Source of the DNA: Paragordius varius
Taxonomy: Eukaryota > Animalia > Nematomorpha
NCBI GenBank assembly: GCA_964247055.1
Contig: OZ176050.1
Coordinates: 2,542,001-2,606,000 of the forward strand
DNA: 64,000 nt
Direction: 5' to 3'
Position numbers and translations under genes: made by a program. This document shows, in pieces, positions 12,182-25,937 of this stretch. The notes beneath the pieces were generated by a model. It worked only from the letters and a program-made list of their open reading frames with translations. It was not told the origin of the DNA and did not search any database. The first letter of the stretch is position 1; every line of letters begins with the position of its first letter.

Positions 12182-15100
12182 ATGTTAATCCATTTAATAT
12201 TTATCATAACACAATTTATAACAACAAGTTTAATATATCGATATGCTGCTGTGTTATTGGAAAATAAAACTTTCTTTAATGATTCCAAACCGCAAAGTTT
12301 GCTTGCGAAACCGACAATTGGATTACTCAATCCTTACAATGAGAATTATCTCATTATTATTGATGCCGGGAGTTCTGGGAGCCGTTTATATCTCTACAAA
12401 TATTACTTTATTGAAGCAACTTCTATAAATAGTTCTAATGTTTCTGATCAAAAACATTCCATCTTACATGGTAATAATAAATTGAACATAACAAATATTA
12501 AAATAACCACCGAAGTTTCTCCCATAGATGGTAGCGAAATTGTTTTTATCAAAAATCCAGGTAAAATATTTTATAAACATTTATTTGATATTTGGTTAAT
12601 TTTTATATTCTTATAGCATTTTTTTCTGTATGCCTCTCTTATGATTAGTGTTAGATATAAAAATTTACATTATATGGTATTATTACAAGGAGTCAAAGCA
12701 TTACCGGTACAAAGAAATCATATCAGCTAAAAGTGCGCAGACGATTGATTTTATACGCCCCATTTAGTTCATCTGACATTGACGACAAACACACACAACT
12801 TAAGTCCGCCAGAAACTATTGTTTTACTAGTAATCATAATTTTGTGCCTGAAAGGAACATATGCTGGCGCCTTACTTTGTTTATTCTATCAGGAGGAAAA
12901 GGCTGTTGAAAGTCGTGGTTTGTAAAAATATATAGTGGCAATGATTCATCGATTAAAATAATAACATAGATTTGAAATTTTTAAGTTGTGGTTTCAATAT
13001 GAAAGATAAAATGCAAGAGTTAGGATGACTTATCTTAAACTTAACGGCAACCGGTTGAAGCAAAAAACAACCAGTATATGTTTACGTGCAATAAGATAGA
13101 CCATTAATCTCGGTAATTGGGTGCCATACAATTTGAATGAACGTCAAATCGAAAAACGTAAATAAACTTGTGAAACTCTGTTCAACATCATGAAAGGATA
13201 TGCATTTATAGCAAAAAACGTGGCTTTCACGTTTCCAAGCCAGTTCATCCACACTAAGGTTAAATCGCTTTGGCAAAAGACCGTGTTCTGTATCTCATGG
13301 TAACAGAGCGGTATCGTATATTATAAACTCTTACTGCCCCGTGAAAACTTTAATACCTAACACTACCAACAAGTTATTAATTTAAACCATGTATTATTTG
13401 AAAAACAACCGAAACAGCAAAACCAGTGACAGACACTTTAAAATCCATTACATAGGAAATTCTTCGTCTCCTGACCTGGGCCATTTGGCTATAACCCCTT
13501 CTCATCAATGGGACCGACGCTAGCAGAGATTGTTTTTGGAAGACGTTGGAAAGATGCTCGGCGAGGTTCGCCGCAAGGGAAGATCGATTCTGGAATGACA
13601 TATTAGTTGAGAGATGGGTGAAAGTAAAAGCCGATGGACAATATTTTTAATAAAATAAAAAATTGATTTTCTTTCAAAAGTAGGTAACCAAAAATCGGTA
13701 AATAATTATGACTACATCTAGTATATACGCTAAACCCTAACTTCCATATAGACCCTGAGCGTGGCACCTTTTTTTTGATAAAAAATAAAATTAAATTTTA
13801 ATATTTATTTTAATATTATAATAAAATTTCAATTTTTTATATTAAAACATAAGCCTTATTTAAGAATTATAAATGTCCATCGGCCTAAGATGCTTTGGTC
13901 ATACGTGCTTTTATTTCAAGAGTGGATTGGGCGGTGGCGGTTTTTGTATATTATTTGTATGATTTAAACAAACTCTGATAATAGAATTTTGTTGAAATTT
14001 TTGTTTCTACAAAAAAAATAGCTAATTTATTTTATTTTTCCATAGGTATTTCAACTTTGGCAAACAACATCACTTACGGACCCAAATACTTTTATTCATT
14101 GATTGATAGAGTATTGAAATTTTTCCCCGAGGGCAATTTCACTATCCCCTTTTATATTTTGGGCACTGCCGGTTTAAGACTGGTTCCAATTAGTAAGCAA
14201 ATAGCCCTTCTCGAAAGCATAAGAAGCGACCTTTCAGCCAAATATCCACGATTGCGGATGAATAGAAACAATATTCGAGTTATTCCAGGAATCATGGAGG
14301 GGATTTATGCTTGGATAGCGGTCAATTTTATACTGGAGAAATTCGAAGAAAATCAAGGTAGAAATCGTTGTTTTGATGTCAATATAACTATTTTTAATAG
14401 TTATGCCTTTGATAAGCATCTTTTCTCCATATCATTATCGCTAAAATTAGGTGGCCGGTGAAGTTGTGTATTAAAAGTTAACTTTTTATATTTACATTTT
14501 TGAATCTATAAATGCTTTAAATAAAGAAATGTATCAATATTAATTTAATAGTTTTATAATCTTACCCGTTCGTTACGGATTTTACAGGTAGGATTTGTTA
14601 TTCATATCATTCAATACGGTAATTAGCCTTTTGCAAATCTATAAATTTTATTCAATCTTTCCACATTTCTCATCATTTAAGTGATACCAAATCTTTTATA
14701 TAGCAACAGTTTTATACATTTTAATCGCCTATTGTGGTTTAACCTATATTGCAGTCTAACAAATTATACTTTAGATACTGTGGGTATCTTGGAAATGGGG
14801 GGAGCTTCATTACAAGTGGCTTATCTCGTACCCGATGATTATTTTGATATTATAACACGAATGGGTCATTACGAAAACAATTTAGATTTTTTGCAAAAAT
14901 TGTCGCGTGAATACATTTTCACGGTAAGTTTGTCTCGGGACAAAAGCTCAAATCCTAGATGGGATTATTCTTTGTATGTCACCTCGTTTCTCAAATTCGG
15001 TAGCAATGAGCTAATAGAAAGGCACACGGAAAAATTAATAATTGAGTAATCGCAATATAAAATTATTAAATATTTTTTTCGGTAAAATATACCCAAACAT

Positions 15101-16934
15101 TTTTTATACGTAGCATATATTAAATATGTTTTATATTTTAGAGATTTTTTGTTTATTTAAATATCGTAAATCTTAAATCTATAATTTTGCGTCATTAACT
15201 GGGGTTTATAACATAATAATTGTTTCTCATGGTTGTGGTCCAATCCTATTTCTTTTAAACAATCTATACACTTATTACCCAAATAGTTTACGCTTTCTTT
15301 TCTTAACTTGATTTTTAAATGCTTTAGATGTAGTAGTATTAAAATCTAGCCTATAGATTCCAAATAAACATAACCACCATTACGAAGTATATTTTAAAAA
15401 GTTTTACATTTTAAGAACTATCAAATCGCCCAAATATCAATTAAGTAATGCTGGCAGCTTAAATAGAACCATATATGATCCCTGTTTTCCGCCCGGATAC
15501 ACTTACGAGGTTAAGGTTAAAGAACAGAATAGCACACAACTAGTGTATGTTGTAGGCGCTGGCAATTTTAGTAATTGTGTCGCACAAATTACGCCGTTCC
15601 TGTTGAAAAACACGGAATGTTTGCTGGAACCGTGCTCGTTAGAAGGTACTCCGGATCCATTGCAATACCTTTGGCAGTATAAGGATTATAAATGGCCCGA
15701 ATTTTATGCGCTTTCAGAGTTTTGGTATACCTCAAAATTTTATGAACTTGATGGGGTATACAATACTTCGGCGTACATTGAAAAAGCTAAGGGCTATTGT
15801 GATATGGCATGGGATCCTACCCTCCTGACAAATGATACTTTGTTGGAAACTTACTCAAAGCTTTTACCGACAGTTTTAGCAAAACAATGTATAAAATCTG
15901 CCTGGTTCTACGCTCTCTTACACAAAGGCTTCAAACTGCCCACACACCAGGTTTTTATTTATTTTTTCTCATGTTTTTAAATGTTTTAAAGTAATGGTCA
16001 CCAATTTTTGGCGTTACAAAATAGGAGAGTCCTGGTATAATAAATTGACACTGTAAACATATTCCCATAAAATTTAAGGAGTGCGTTGAAAAAAAGATTT
16101 GACTATAAGAGGGAAGTCTAAGGGTTGCATTGTTTTAAAGTATATAAAAGCGATTCAAAATAGTATTTCAAACTTTTATTAGTTTAGTTTTAATAGGAAT
16201 TTCTTAAAACCGGTTTTAAGGGGTTCATGGATTTAGAAAACCAAAGCGTTTATAAGTTATTTTATTTGCAAATTATTTCAAAGCTAATTAATGATTAGGG
16301 GCGGCATAGGATACGCATGATTTTTTACCAATTTAATACAATTAAATGCGTTTATAATGATTATAATTTTGGATGATTTAAGTTATATAATATTGATAAT
16401 ATAAATTTTAGGATAATATTTAGCCAGTTTGAAAATGAGAAAAACAATAAAAAAATTATTACCATCAAAAATGGGGCATATATAAAATTCTTTGCAAGCG
16501 GGCTATAAATTTTTAAATAACGCCGTTGCGTGTAAAACTTTGTATTGGCGACAATTAAATTTGATTATACATTTTTAATCAAACAGTCTAATAAAAAATC
16601 AATGTTTATATAAATTGTAAAAGCTTTCTGATCTTTTTTTCTGTATAACGCAACAAAAACAATTGATTTAAACCATATTTAATTACATAACCATTGAAAA
16701 TAATCCATAAAAATACAATTTTCGCAATGATAAAAAAGTAATATTGGTCTTAATATACTGGTCACTGACTTTAGAAAAAGGACATATTTTTAGAGTTCAA
16801 TGACAACTTCGCCTTTATCTAATTTATGCAGGCGCATTCGTGAAAAACGTATTATTAAAAAATTGATTTTTTATTAACGTTTTTGGATATTTGGCGTAGG
16901 CTAGATAAAAATATATTTAACCAAATAATTTTAC

Positions 16935-16977
<43 letters not shown>

Positions 16978-17747
16978 TGAGACAGTTTTGGTAAAATTGA
17001 TGTAATCTAGAAAATAACTGAAAAATGCAAATTTTAATTCAGACATAACCAATTTCGGTTTTTTGGCTAATTTTAATAGATAATATATTTTTTAAATTTT
17101 AAATATTCATCAAATGATCATTCAAATTATGATCTCTGCAATATACTATCAGGAAAAATTGCACAGTATATATTATTTTTACTTATAACAATTTAATTTC
17201 ACATTTTTTCCCCTATTACATTTAGATTAGTGACATTATCTTATATTAATATCGGAAAAAATTTTATGATTTTCGTTTTTTAACACCGATAAATTGATTT
17301 TATGGTTAAATTTAATTAGTTTTCTGGATCCATTGAAATTTTAAAGTCCTTGTTTTTCAAAAATTATTGCGTGGTGCAATTATCCCCCCCCACCCAAAAT
17401 CATACTCTTAAATTTAATCTTAAATTATTTATTTAGATATAACAAATACTTCTTAACTTATCATCTATTATATGCTTTAAAATCCCTTTTTGTATTCCGC
17501 TAAGAATTTCTAGTAAACATCATTTTAAAATAGGCTATTTATGCAGGATTATCTTTTTAATTTAATCACTAATAATTTAAAATTTCTTAAAAAACTGCCA
17601 AAATAAATATCTATTTATATTTAAATCGCTTTATAGGATATAATAACTTCAGTGAAAAGTATAAACGGGAGACAAGTTGAATGGCCCTTGGGGGCTGCTT
17701 TATTTGCCATTTTGCATGACGATCATATATTCTCACAAATTAAATAA
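12182..17747 (+). CDS. GDA1/CD39 NTPDase (apyrase) 2, 5 exons, ~535 aa, no C-terminal TM
   Basis: Exons 12182-12560, 14046-14357, 14775-15045, 15416-15950, 17637-17747. Motifs IDAGSSGSR, GTAGLR, GIMEGIYAW, EMGGAS, and VEWPLGAAL in the last exon (missed by the ORF track). All four intron positions are shared with NTPDase-1. Confidence 0.92.
12686..13721 (+). mobile_element. Decayed Mos1-like mariner in NTPDase-2 intron 1
   Basis: Fragments GNWVPYNLNERQIEKRK*TCE, LNRFGK, QSGIVYYKLL and ERWVKVKADGQYF*. Degenerate TIRs (right end ATGACTACATCTAG followed by TA). Confidence 0.85.
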
Positions 17748-19186
17748 ACACAAAAACATTCAATATTATTATTCAAAATTTCTATTTTCATTTCTTTCTT
17801 TATATGCTGCGCATAAATCAATTAAGAATTGATATTATTATCCACCACACCAAAAAAACTATGAAATGACTTCCCTAATAAATGCCAAATTATCTAATGT
17901 ATATATTTAAGTTAATACCTAAATTATTTTATTTTAAAAAACTTAATTAATAACCAATAAATGACATAAATAGAATATATGTATATATGTGTTTAAGGGT
18001 GAGATCATCTCATATTTATATTATTATATTAAAATGAAACATAGGGCAAAAAAAATCATTCACATCCATCACACCTAACAGGTAAAAAAATCTGAAGCAT
18101 ATTATTAATCCATGAAAGTATTCAACAAAAAATAATTGTTATAAATATAGAAACAATACGTAAGTGACTTTGTGAGATTTGATATATTGCAGTTTGGTTA
18201 CATACATATATATATATATTACAAAAGGTATACATACTTTTTTAATTAATTATAATTAAATATATCAATAAAGATAAAAAAATATTAATATATTATATTG
18301 TAAAGGTGTATTGTATGTAATATATGCCTTGTAGTGCGATGCTTGGGATTGACTCAATATATATATATATATATATATAATAAATTTAATATAATATAAT
18401 TACAGGTGAGTGAAAAAATCAATATTTTGATGATTTTGCGTTTTAAGAGAAAGAGCTCTGTTGTACTCTTTTTTCTGTTGTTTAAAAGATACAATAACAT
18501 CATCATACCAATATAATAGCGATAATGATTTTTTTATTATAAAAAAAAGATTATGAGAAAAAAAATTTATAATATTATCAATAAAAAAATGATGAAAAGT
18601 TTAAATTTTAATTCAAAGCGTTAATTTTTGGTTCAGACACCTTAATACTGCTTATTATATAACATCTATAAATACCCCAACTAATTAATAATTTATGGGT
18701 AAGGTTTATTTTTGGGTATTGGTTAAATTTAATTTTCGTTTTTTAAAATGTGCTCGTCACTAAAAATAAAAAAACTTGGGCACACACAAGTTGGTTTAAT
18801 ATTTTTTTTCAAATCAAAACTACAAATTTGTTTTTATCGAATATTTTCACCTGTAAAAATGTAAATTTTTCATGCAAAAATACCTAATAATGACGCCTTT
18901 TATATAATTATAATTTGAAAATAAAAAGGATTACACTTTGACGTATATATAAATGTATAAAATATTCTCTTCCAATACTGCATTTATCTTAGACGTAAGT
19001 TATAAATTTTTGCCACAATATTCTAAAGATTTGGCTTTGATACTTGGCGTGTTCTTAAAATCATGCAGTTAGCCGAATATATATATATATATATAGTGCA
19101 CATAATTGGATTAAAGTAAGATAATAATAAGTTAATAATTGCAAACTAGGCCACCCTATTTGGTTCGACTTTAACCTTTCATAAAA

Positions 19187-21132
19187 CTATTTATTAGTAT
19201 AGTGATGTTCCAAAGGCGTGATCATTGAATTTTCAATCCCAAACCAATTGAAATGTTTTTGGTTGCTATTAGGCATGAAATAATTCTTTTCACCAATTTT
19301 GCCAATTGTTTTAGTGGGTTGTGATCGTGTTTGATTATTTGAAAAATTAATTATGTGTCTTTTCGAATCTTTACCAGGGCAGGAGCTAGTTTTTGGTAAT
19401 GCATTATTATTATTTGTTATCGTGGTGGTTACATTATTGTAATTAGCTAAACTGTACACGAGTGCTATATCATTGGTGTCGGGATATCGAACTTGTTGAA
19501 TACAACTTTGTTGTTTGGGACCCAAGTTGGGCGCAAACAGAATGTCAGAAAAGATGGGATTCGTCCAATCATCGGATATTAAATCAAAATTATTATTATT
19601 ATTACTGTTAAGACTAGAGTTTCTATTTGTGTGACGATTATCATTAGTTGTATGTTTAGCGTTTGTATGCAACGAAGGGTAAATACGCCAACGTGCTGCA
19701 AAATTTGCAAAAGCACTTCGATTTGTTGTAGGAGGGCGGTGGTTAGTTGTGTTCATATTTGTACTAGCTGTATCGGTAGAAACGATGATTGAAGCAGATT
19801 TGGAATTTGAGTTTTGCTGGTGATGTTGTGCTCTCCATAAATGCGAGGAGGTATTATGAGTACTGAGTGAAAATATACCTTTGGTTTTATTTGGAGTTTG
19901 CGACTGTGTTGTTGTCGGCGATATGGAAATCGTGATTGGAGAGAGGGATGATGCAATGTTTTTTGATGTTTTGAATGAACCACTATTCTGTTTTTTAACA
20001 ACAGTTGAGTAGGGCACATTTTCTATGCATGATGAAGGTCTGATTTTGCTGTTAGGATTGGGAATATCAGTTGATGGATATAAATTTTGATTCGGGGAGT
20101 TAAGAGCATTTTGAGAAAAAGAAGTATAGTTGGAATTGGGATCAAACATAAAATTGGATTGGCATTTATTATTATTATTGTTTGCTAACGATGATGTTTG
20201 AGGTAAATTGGTGATATTTTCAGCTATAAAATATTTGACAATAAAGATTAGGATAAAATTTTAACAGCTAAAGATATTAAATATATTAATAAAATTGTTA
20301 AAAATTTAGAGCTCCGTTTATCCCGTTAAAGATTAAATAGCTTAAAATATCCATACCCATGTTGGAATCATTATTTTGTTCTTCATGCGCGTTGGCGTTT
20401 ATGGTTGAATCAATATTTAAGGGATAATTGGTATTGCTATGATTCTCACCAAGGATGGTAGAAGAATTTTGTGGGCGGTTTATATTATTGTTGATGGCTA
20501 AATTAGTCCCATTACCCACACAAATGGGTGAGACAGAATTTCTTACAACAGAAGTTGAATTACCATTTGAAGTACAATTCCAAGCTAACATTTCCGGAAT
20601 GAGCAAAGCATTTGTGGTTGAGGTGAGAAGTACCACAGAACAATTGGGTGTAATTGAAGCCCCATCCGAGGTTTTGAGTTTTTTGATGGCCGATAAGCAA
20701 ATAGGACACGCATTTTTAACATCTAGCCATCGTTCCAAACATCTATAGAAAACAAATGTTATAGATTACTTTATAAAAAATTAAGTTTTATAGCCTAAAA
20801 TTAACTTGTTATGAAACGAATGCTGACAACGGGCAATGACAATTTTTTCCGCAATTTGAAAATCATCCAAACATATAGCACATGCTTCACACGAGTTGGA
20901 CTTCTTGGGCCTATAAGCTGATATTTTATACCCCTGTTCGACTCTAATCTTTCGTTGTAAGCTACATTAATTAAAATTAAAGATGTAAGTCAGCAATTTA
21001 AAAAATATATGTATTAAAAGTTATTACTAACCTTTTTAAATAACAACACAAAATAAGGCTGAGTAAAATTATGATTCCTGAAGTTACCAAAATAGGAATG
21101 GCAACTTTCATTGGAACAAATTTTATATTCAT
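19187..21132 (-). CDS. RNF24/RNF122-like TM RING-H2 E3 ligase with a long low-complexity tail, ~559 aa
   Basis: Exons 21132-21032, 20961-20806, 20742-20357, 20223-19187, phases consistent. TM segment VAIPILVTSGIIILLSLILCCYL, then CAICLDDF...RCQHSFHNKCLERWLDVKNACPIC. An additional upstream exon cannot be excluded. Confidence 0.85.
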
Positions 21133-22349
21133 TTCTGATTTGTTGAAAAATAACACAGTAGATTATCGCATTACCCAGGTAAAAAAGGTATTTTCTCAGG
21201 TGAAGCAAAGCAATGATGGTACATCATATGTATTTTTTAATTACAATATTTCAGGCAGTTTTACTTCTTGAAAAATATTATAGATTACCTTGCTATAAAT
21301 TAATATTATATGTTAGCCTTTATTCTCATATTTAATTTTACCAATTTAATTTAAAACGAAAAACAGCTATTTGCTTTTAAAATTTGATTTGTGCAAAACA
21401 ACTATAAAAAAAATGTTTATAATTTTAAAAGCGCATTTAAATTACGGCGTGATGTTTGGATAATAAAATTACAAAAATATATTAATATTTTTAAACCTTT
21501 AAACGGATCTAATGCCTCTTATATCATAATTATTTAATCAATCATAAAATCGTTCGTAAGCAATTACTTCAAAATATATTGTAAGTTTTAGCACTTCATT
21601 ATCTTTTCACTTTTTTGTCCTAGTTTACCTTTTAGGGTATTTCTATATTGAAAAGCGTAATTTTGTAATTAAACTACAGTTTTAAAACTCATTTTTGTTG
21701 AAATTTTATCAAACATTGTTCTGATATATCAGATGAAAAAGCTTAGGACAGCTCCAAAACACAATTGAAACGAGGAGACATTTAAATTAAATTATATTAT
21801 GTTTTGCTGGTAAAATGTAGCCTGAAAGCTTTTAAAGATATATTATTTAGATTATCTAATTATACATTTATTTGGCTGTTGCATTAGCGTTTTAAAAAAA
21901 TTATAAAAAAAATAACGGTAAAAAAGTTTGAGATGATTCTTTTACAATTTCACAAAAATATTTTTTTGTAACCCTAAAAGTCTAAACAAAAATTTCAAAT
22001 TCGTCTTATTAGCTTAAATAGTTTCTAAGATATTCAAATTTCGAATGACTCAGGGACAAGAAACTAACGGTCAAGATAATGGAGTGTTAATAAATAATAC
22101 TTAGGTTATAGATAAATTATAAAAAACATTTTACGTTTGTGCTGGATGACATTTTAAAACCGACTATAAAATCTATTCTGGTTCGAATTGCCTCTGCGAA
22201 ACCCAAACGTTATCCTGGATAAATAATATCTAATAATTTTACCAGATCCTCTGTAAGACAAGTTCTATAAGGAAGGGGAAATGTAGAGTATGTAAGAGCA
22301 GTATGTGCAAAAAAATTCATGTGTTGTGAATTTTGTTACGATAAACAAT

Positions 22350-23050
22350 CGTGAACGCTAGAGAAGTATACTATGTTAATTATTGTGGCAAAACAATAGT
22401 GGCGAGATATAATTGTCATCTCAATGCGCATTGTTTGAAATATTTATGCTTATCGCAATTTCGATGCAAACAAAAATTATTTGGAATGTCTATTACACAA
22501 ATATCCTTACGGGGAGAGCCAAATCCAGCAACTCTCTATATACTTTTAGCCAATTCGAATATCGGATTTTAGAAATAAAAAGACCAAGTCGATTTTGCGC
22601 TCAGAGGGAGTTTAAACATGAGAATCGATGCCAACGGGATTCTCTAATATACATATAAATAACAATTTAACAACTATCACAATCGAAAGGTAGACTGCAC
22701 TCAAACGCTTCATCGGACTGATAAATAAATCTTGATTTTATAATGATAAAGCTAAAACTTTCCACTTTTCATCACAACTCCTATTGTCAAAGATTTGAAA
22801 ATTGCACTGGTATGGATCTAAATGGAATAATGTTTGTCAGAAAGAGGATGTAATACAACTACACTTTATGAGTATTTCCCTATGGAATCCTCTAGAGCGT
22901 GTTATTTGCTGTCATTCTGGAAAATATCAGCTTCATCAAGGGTTTGCGATGGAAGAAATATAAACCGCAATTGGCCTAAAATTGGTCAATGCGGCTAACG
23001 TATATAACAATTTGTTTTTTTCGCAAGGGTCAAGTTATTCCACCAAAATG
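22350..23050 (+). mobile_element. Highly decayed Ty3/gypsy RT/RNase H relic
   Basis: Scattered motifs across frames: RIDANGI, ALKRFIGLINK, SKWNNVCQK. Many stops and frameshifts; boundaries approximate. Confidence 0.45.
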
Positions 23051-23350
23051 TGTGCTAGAAAACTTACAGTCTAGTTTTCCCGGAATGCGAAAATATTAGC
23101 GCGATTTTTCTAAATGCATACTTTTTATGAAACAACGTTTTTGAAAAAAAAGTCGTTTAAAATATACTGTTTTCGGAACACGCTATTTATATCACAAGTT
23201 TATTTTACATCCGACCGGAATCAAGAAATTTCATCATTGTCGAGGATAGCCAACAACTAGCTTCCTTCATTAAGCTTTACTTTTAAAATTGTTCAGCTTT
23301 AACCAACCATTTTTATATACCTTTTAGAGATCATATTATAACTCTATATT

Positions 23351-24881
23351 TTAATCTGTTCTATCGTATATCATTGGCGGTTTTGGCCGATATAACATAT
23401 TTCCTAATGATCCTAAAAAATTAGAACCAATTCAACGCTTATATAAATATTTGCAAATTGTTATACAATTTCATCTCCAAAAAATATGGAGTATTAATGA
23501 GATAATATTTATGCAAAAAAACATTACATTTCGGGTAAGGGAAAGCTTAATAAAATTGTTTAAAGGCTTTAAAAAATGGGTTTTTTATAAACCTAGATAT
23601 TAAAAAAAATTTAACTTATTTATTTTTAGGATATGCTAATAAGACCATACATGTATAAAAATTCGAATTTTTAGGGATTATTCAATTTGGAAGGATATCA
23701 TTTATGCTACATATTTATTAATTATTTGCTAAATATTTGACAAACATATATAATTTATTTCGTTTTCTGCTGTTTCAAAGCAAGGTTATGTTGAACTATA
23801 TAAAATATAAATGAATATTTAAATGAGTTATTTTGTTTTAATTTTTAAAAATTGACATAAAATGATATCAAATTACTTCCACTCTGACTCAACATGGAAT
23901 TGAACTGAAATCCCAAAGGTCTATTGTTAGTCCTACTCATAATCCCAAATATCCCAGCTATATAAATCGATGATTATTAAATAATTTTAAATATTAACCT
24001 CCTTGGTAAAGGCCTGCAAAATTTATAACCGCTCATTGCTTACATTAAAAGCGAAATCTTACCAGTAAAATTTTATAGGTCTCTTTATTTAAAATTGATC
24101 TCTACATGAGTTGATATAAAATTTTGACCATTTTTAAAATCCAATTAAACAATATAAAAGTGTTGTTCGCAATATCAGATTAATTAAAGTTTACCAGTAG
24201 GATCAAATGGTGGAGATGTTTTGGGTTGAGTTTTCTTTTCTGTGGGTATTGGCCTAGCCCTAATAATTGCTTGCATTTGCATTGCGTGTGGCATATGATT
24301 GCTTGATCCAATTACATGTTGTGAAGATCCAACGGGGACTAAGAAATAAGCGATATTTATAAAAAAAGTTAGAAAGTTTTATAAATTGAGGATCGTTTAC
24401 ATTGATTGTTACGAACAGGTCTTTGTTGGTTAGTATTCCCATTATCTTGTTTGCACAGATTAGCTCCTAAGCTTAAAATTATTGTTAATAAAATAAAATG
24501 ACGGGTGTAAATCATGATAGATGATATTTAAACTAAAAACTATTTGAATAAAATTTTTTAGTATGGCAAATTGATATGAGTTAATTAAAATCGATTGCAA
24601 ATAACACAATTATTTGATATAATGTTTAAAATTTGACAAATATTTGCAAAACGCTTTCAAATCAGGCCTCTACCCAAAAATATCTAGCACAGATCGAACG
24701 TGTGTTAATTAACACAAAGGTAAATATTATTTTGTTTCATTTTATCATTAAAATTAAGCATTTTGTTTTAACGATTTAATATTTCATTGATTGCAATCAA
24801 TTATTTAATTAAACTACTTGGTGTGTCACGCATCGCTGTGACTTCATTATGATTGTAAAAAGGGTTGATAAAATATTTTTT
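23351..24881 (-). CDS. Orphan gene A, 5' end unresolved
   Basis: Exons 24881-24818, 24466-24401, 24338-24195, 23957-23877, 23412-23351 splice in frame: KKYFINPFYNHNEVTAMRDTPRANLCKQ...PVGSSQHVIGSSNHMPHAM...SPPFDPTAGIFGIMSRTNNRPLGFQFNSMLSQSGRSLGNMLYRPKPPMIYDRTD*. Two exons are conserved with gene B. Confidence 0.6.
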
Positions 24882-24934
24882 CTAGAATAATCTGTGAATA
24901 AGGACTGATGAGACTCTTAAGATTTATATTTTAA

Positions 24935-25466
24935 CACTTGGATACAACACATTCATTTCGATCCTACGATTCAAATTGGGGTCTTTGGGGATCCCAGGCT
25001 TGTAATATTTCAAAAAATATGGAATTAATTAAACCATCGTAAAATTTTGGGCTATAACGAGGAATCGAAATATAAAAAAAATATTCTAAAAAACTGAGGT
25101 TATAACAAAACTCAAGGCAAAAAATTTAGTCAACATGACATATCCTTAGCTAAATATATAATGCAAAAATCATTTTTTTTTGTTTATATTAATACTAGAT
25201 GTGATTCAAATAAAATTTAGCTGCAGTATTGGTGTTCGAATCAAATAAACAAGATATTTTGCCAAAATGTTGTAAAATAAAAATGGCGTCGAAGTAGTTT
25301 GATATGGAACTTTTTAAAAACTGAATATTTAGGTGTTTTGGCTTATATATATAAATTTTATTAGGAGCATAAATTTTAATTGAAACCGTTTCTTTAGTTA
25401 GTTTGTTAAAAATGTCAACTAAAATTTAGTCTGGGCTTCCTAGATATTCCAATTTGAATCCTAGTG
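24935..25466 (+). mobile_element. piggyBac-like MITE, complete copy, 532 bp
   Basis: TTAA at 24931-24934 and 25467-25470. Left end is CACTTGGAT, a spacer, then GATTCAAATTGG. Right end in reverse complement is CACTAGGATTCAAATTGG. No coding capacity. Confidence 0.75.
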
Positions 25467-25937
25467 TTAAACTATCAACTTGAATGTATTTGACTATTGT
25501 TATATGTGGTTTTCGGTCAATGTATATTTTAGCAATTATATGAATCTTCTCTATAAATCAAATTCAAGTATTCAGTCTAAGATTTTTATTAATTCGGAAT
25601 ATATATGAGGACATTTCTAAAAGAATATCGTTTAGAAGAACAACATTGTAAAATGTCTGAAAAATACATTCTCCGCCTACAAAGGCGAATTTATTTTTTT
25701 TTACTGAGAATGAATGAAGAAGATTTTACTAAAGGTAATTTTTAACCGGATTGGACTAAACCTGGAACCAAATTTGATATCTACCATACCGACACATTAA
25801 TAAAGCATATGTATGGGTTCATAATTAAATTCATATCTCGGAACGGCCCATTTTTATCACCTTTTACATAAAGTATGGTTTCTTTAAGAGCTAATTTTAT
25901 AAAGGCGAGTAATTCTTATGAAACCTATACGCTAGAC

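Noticed and set aside
16935-16978. (TA)n microsatellites here and near 11490, 18356, 19076, 39425 and 57395
   Set aside because: Ordinary simple repeats in AT-rich DNA.
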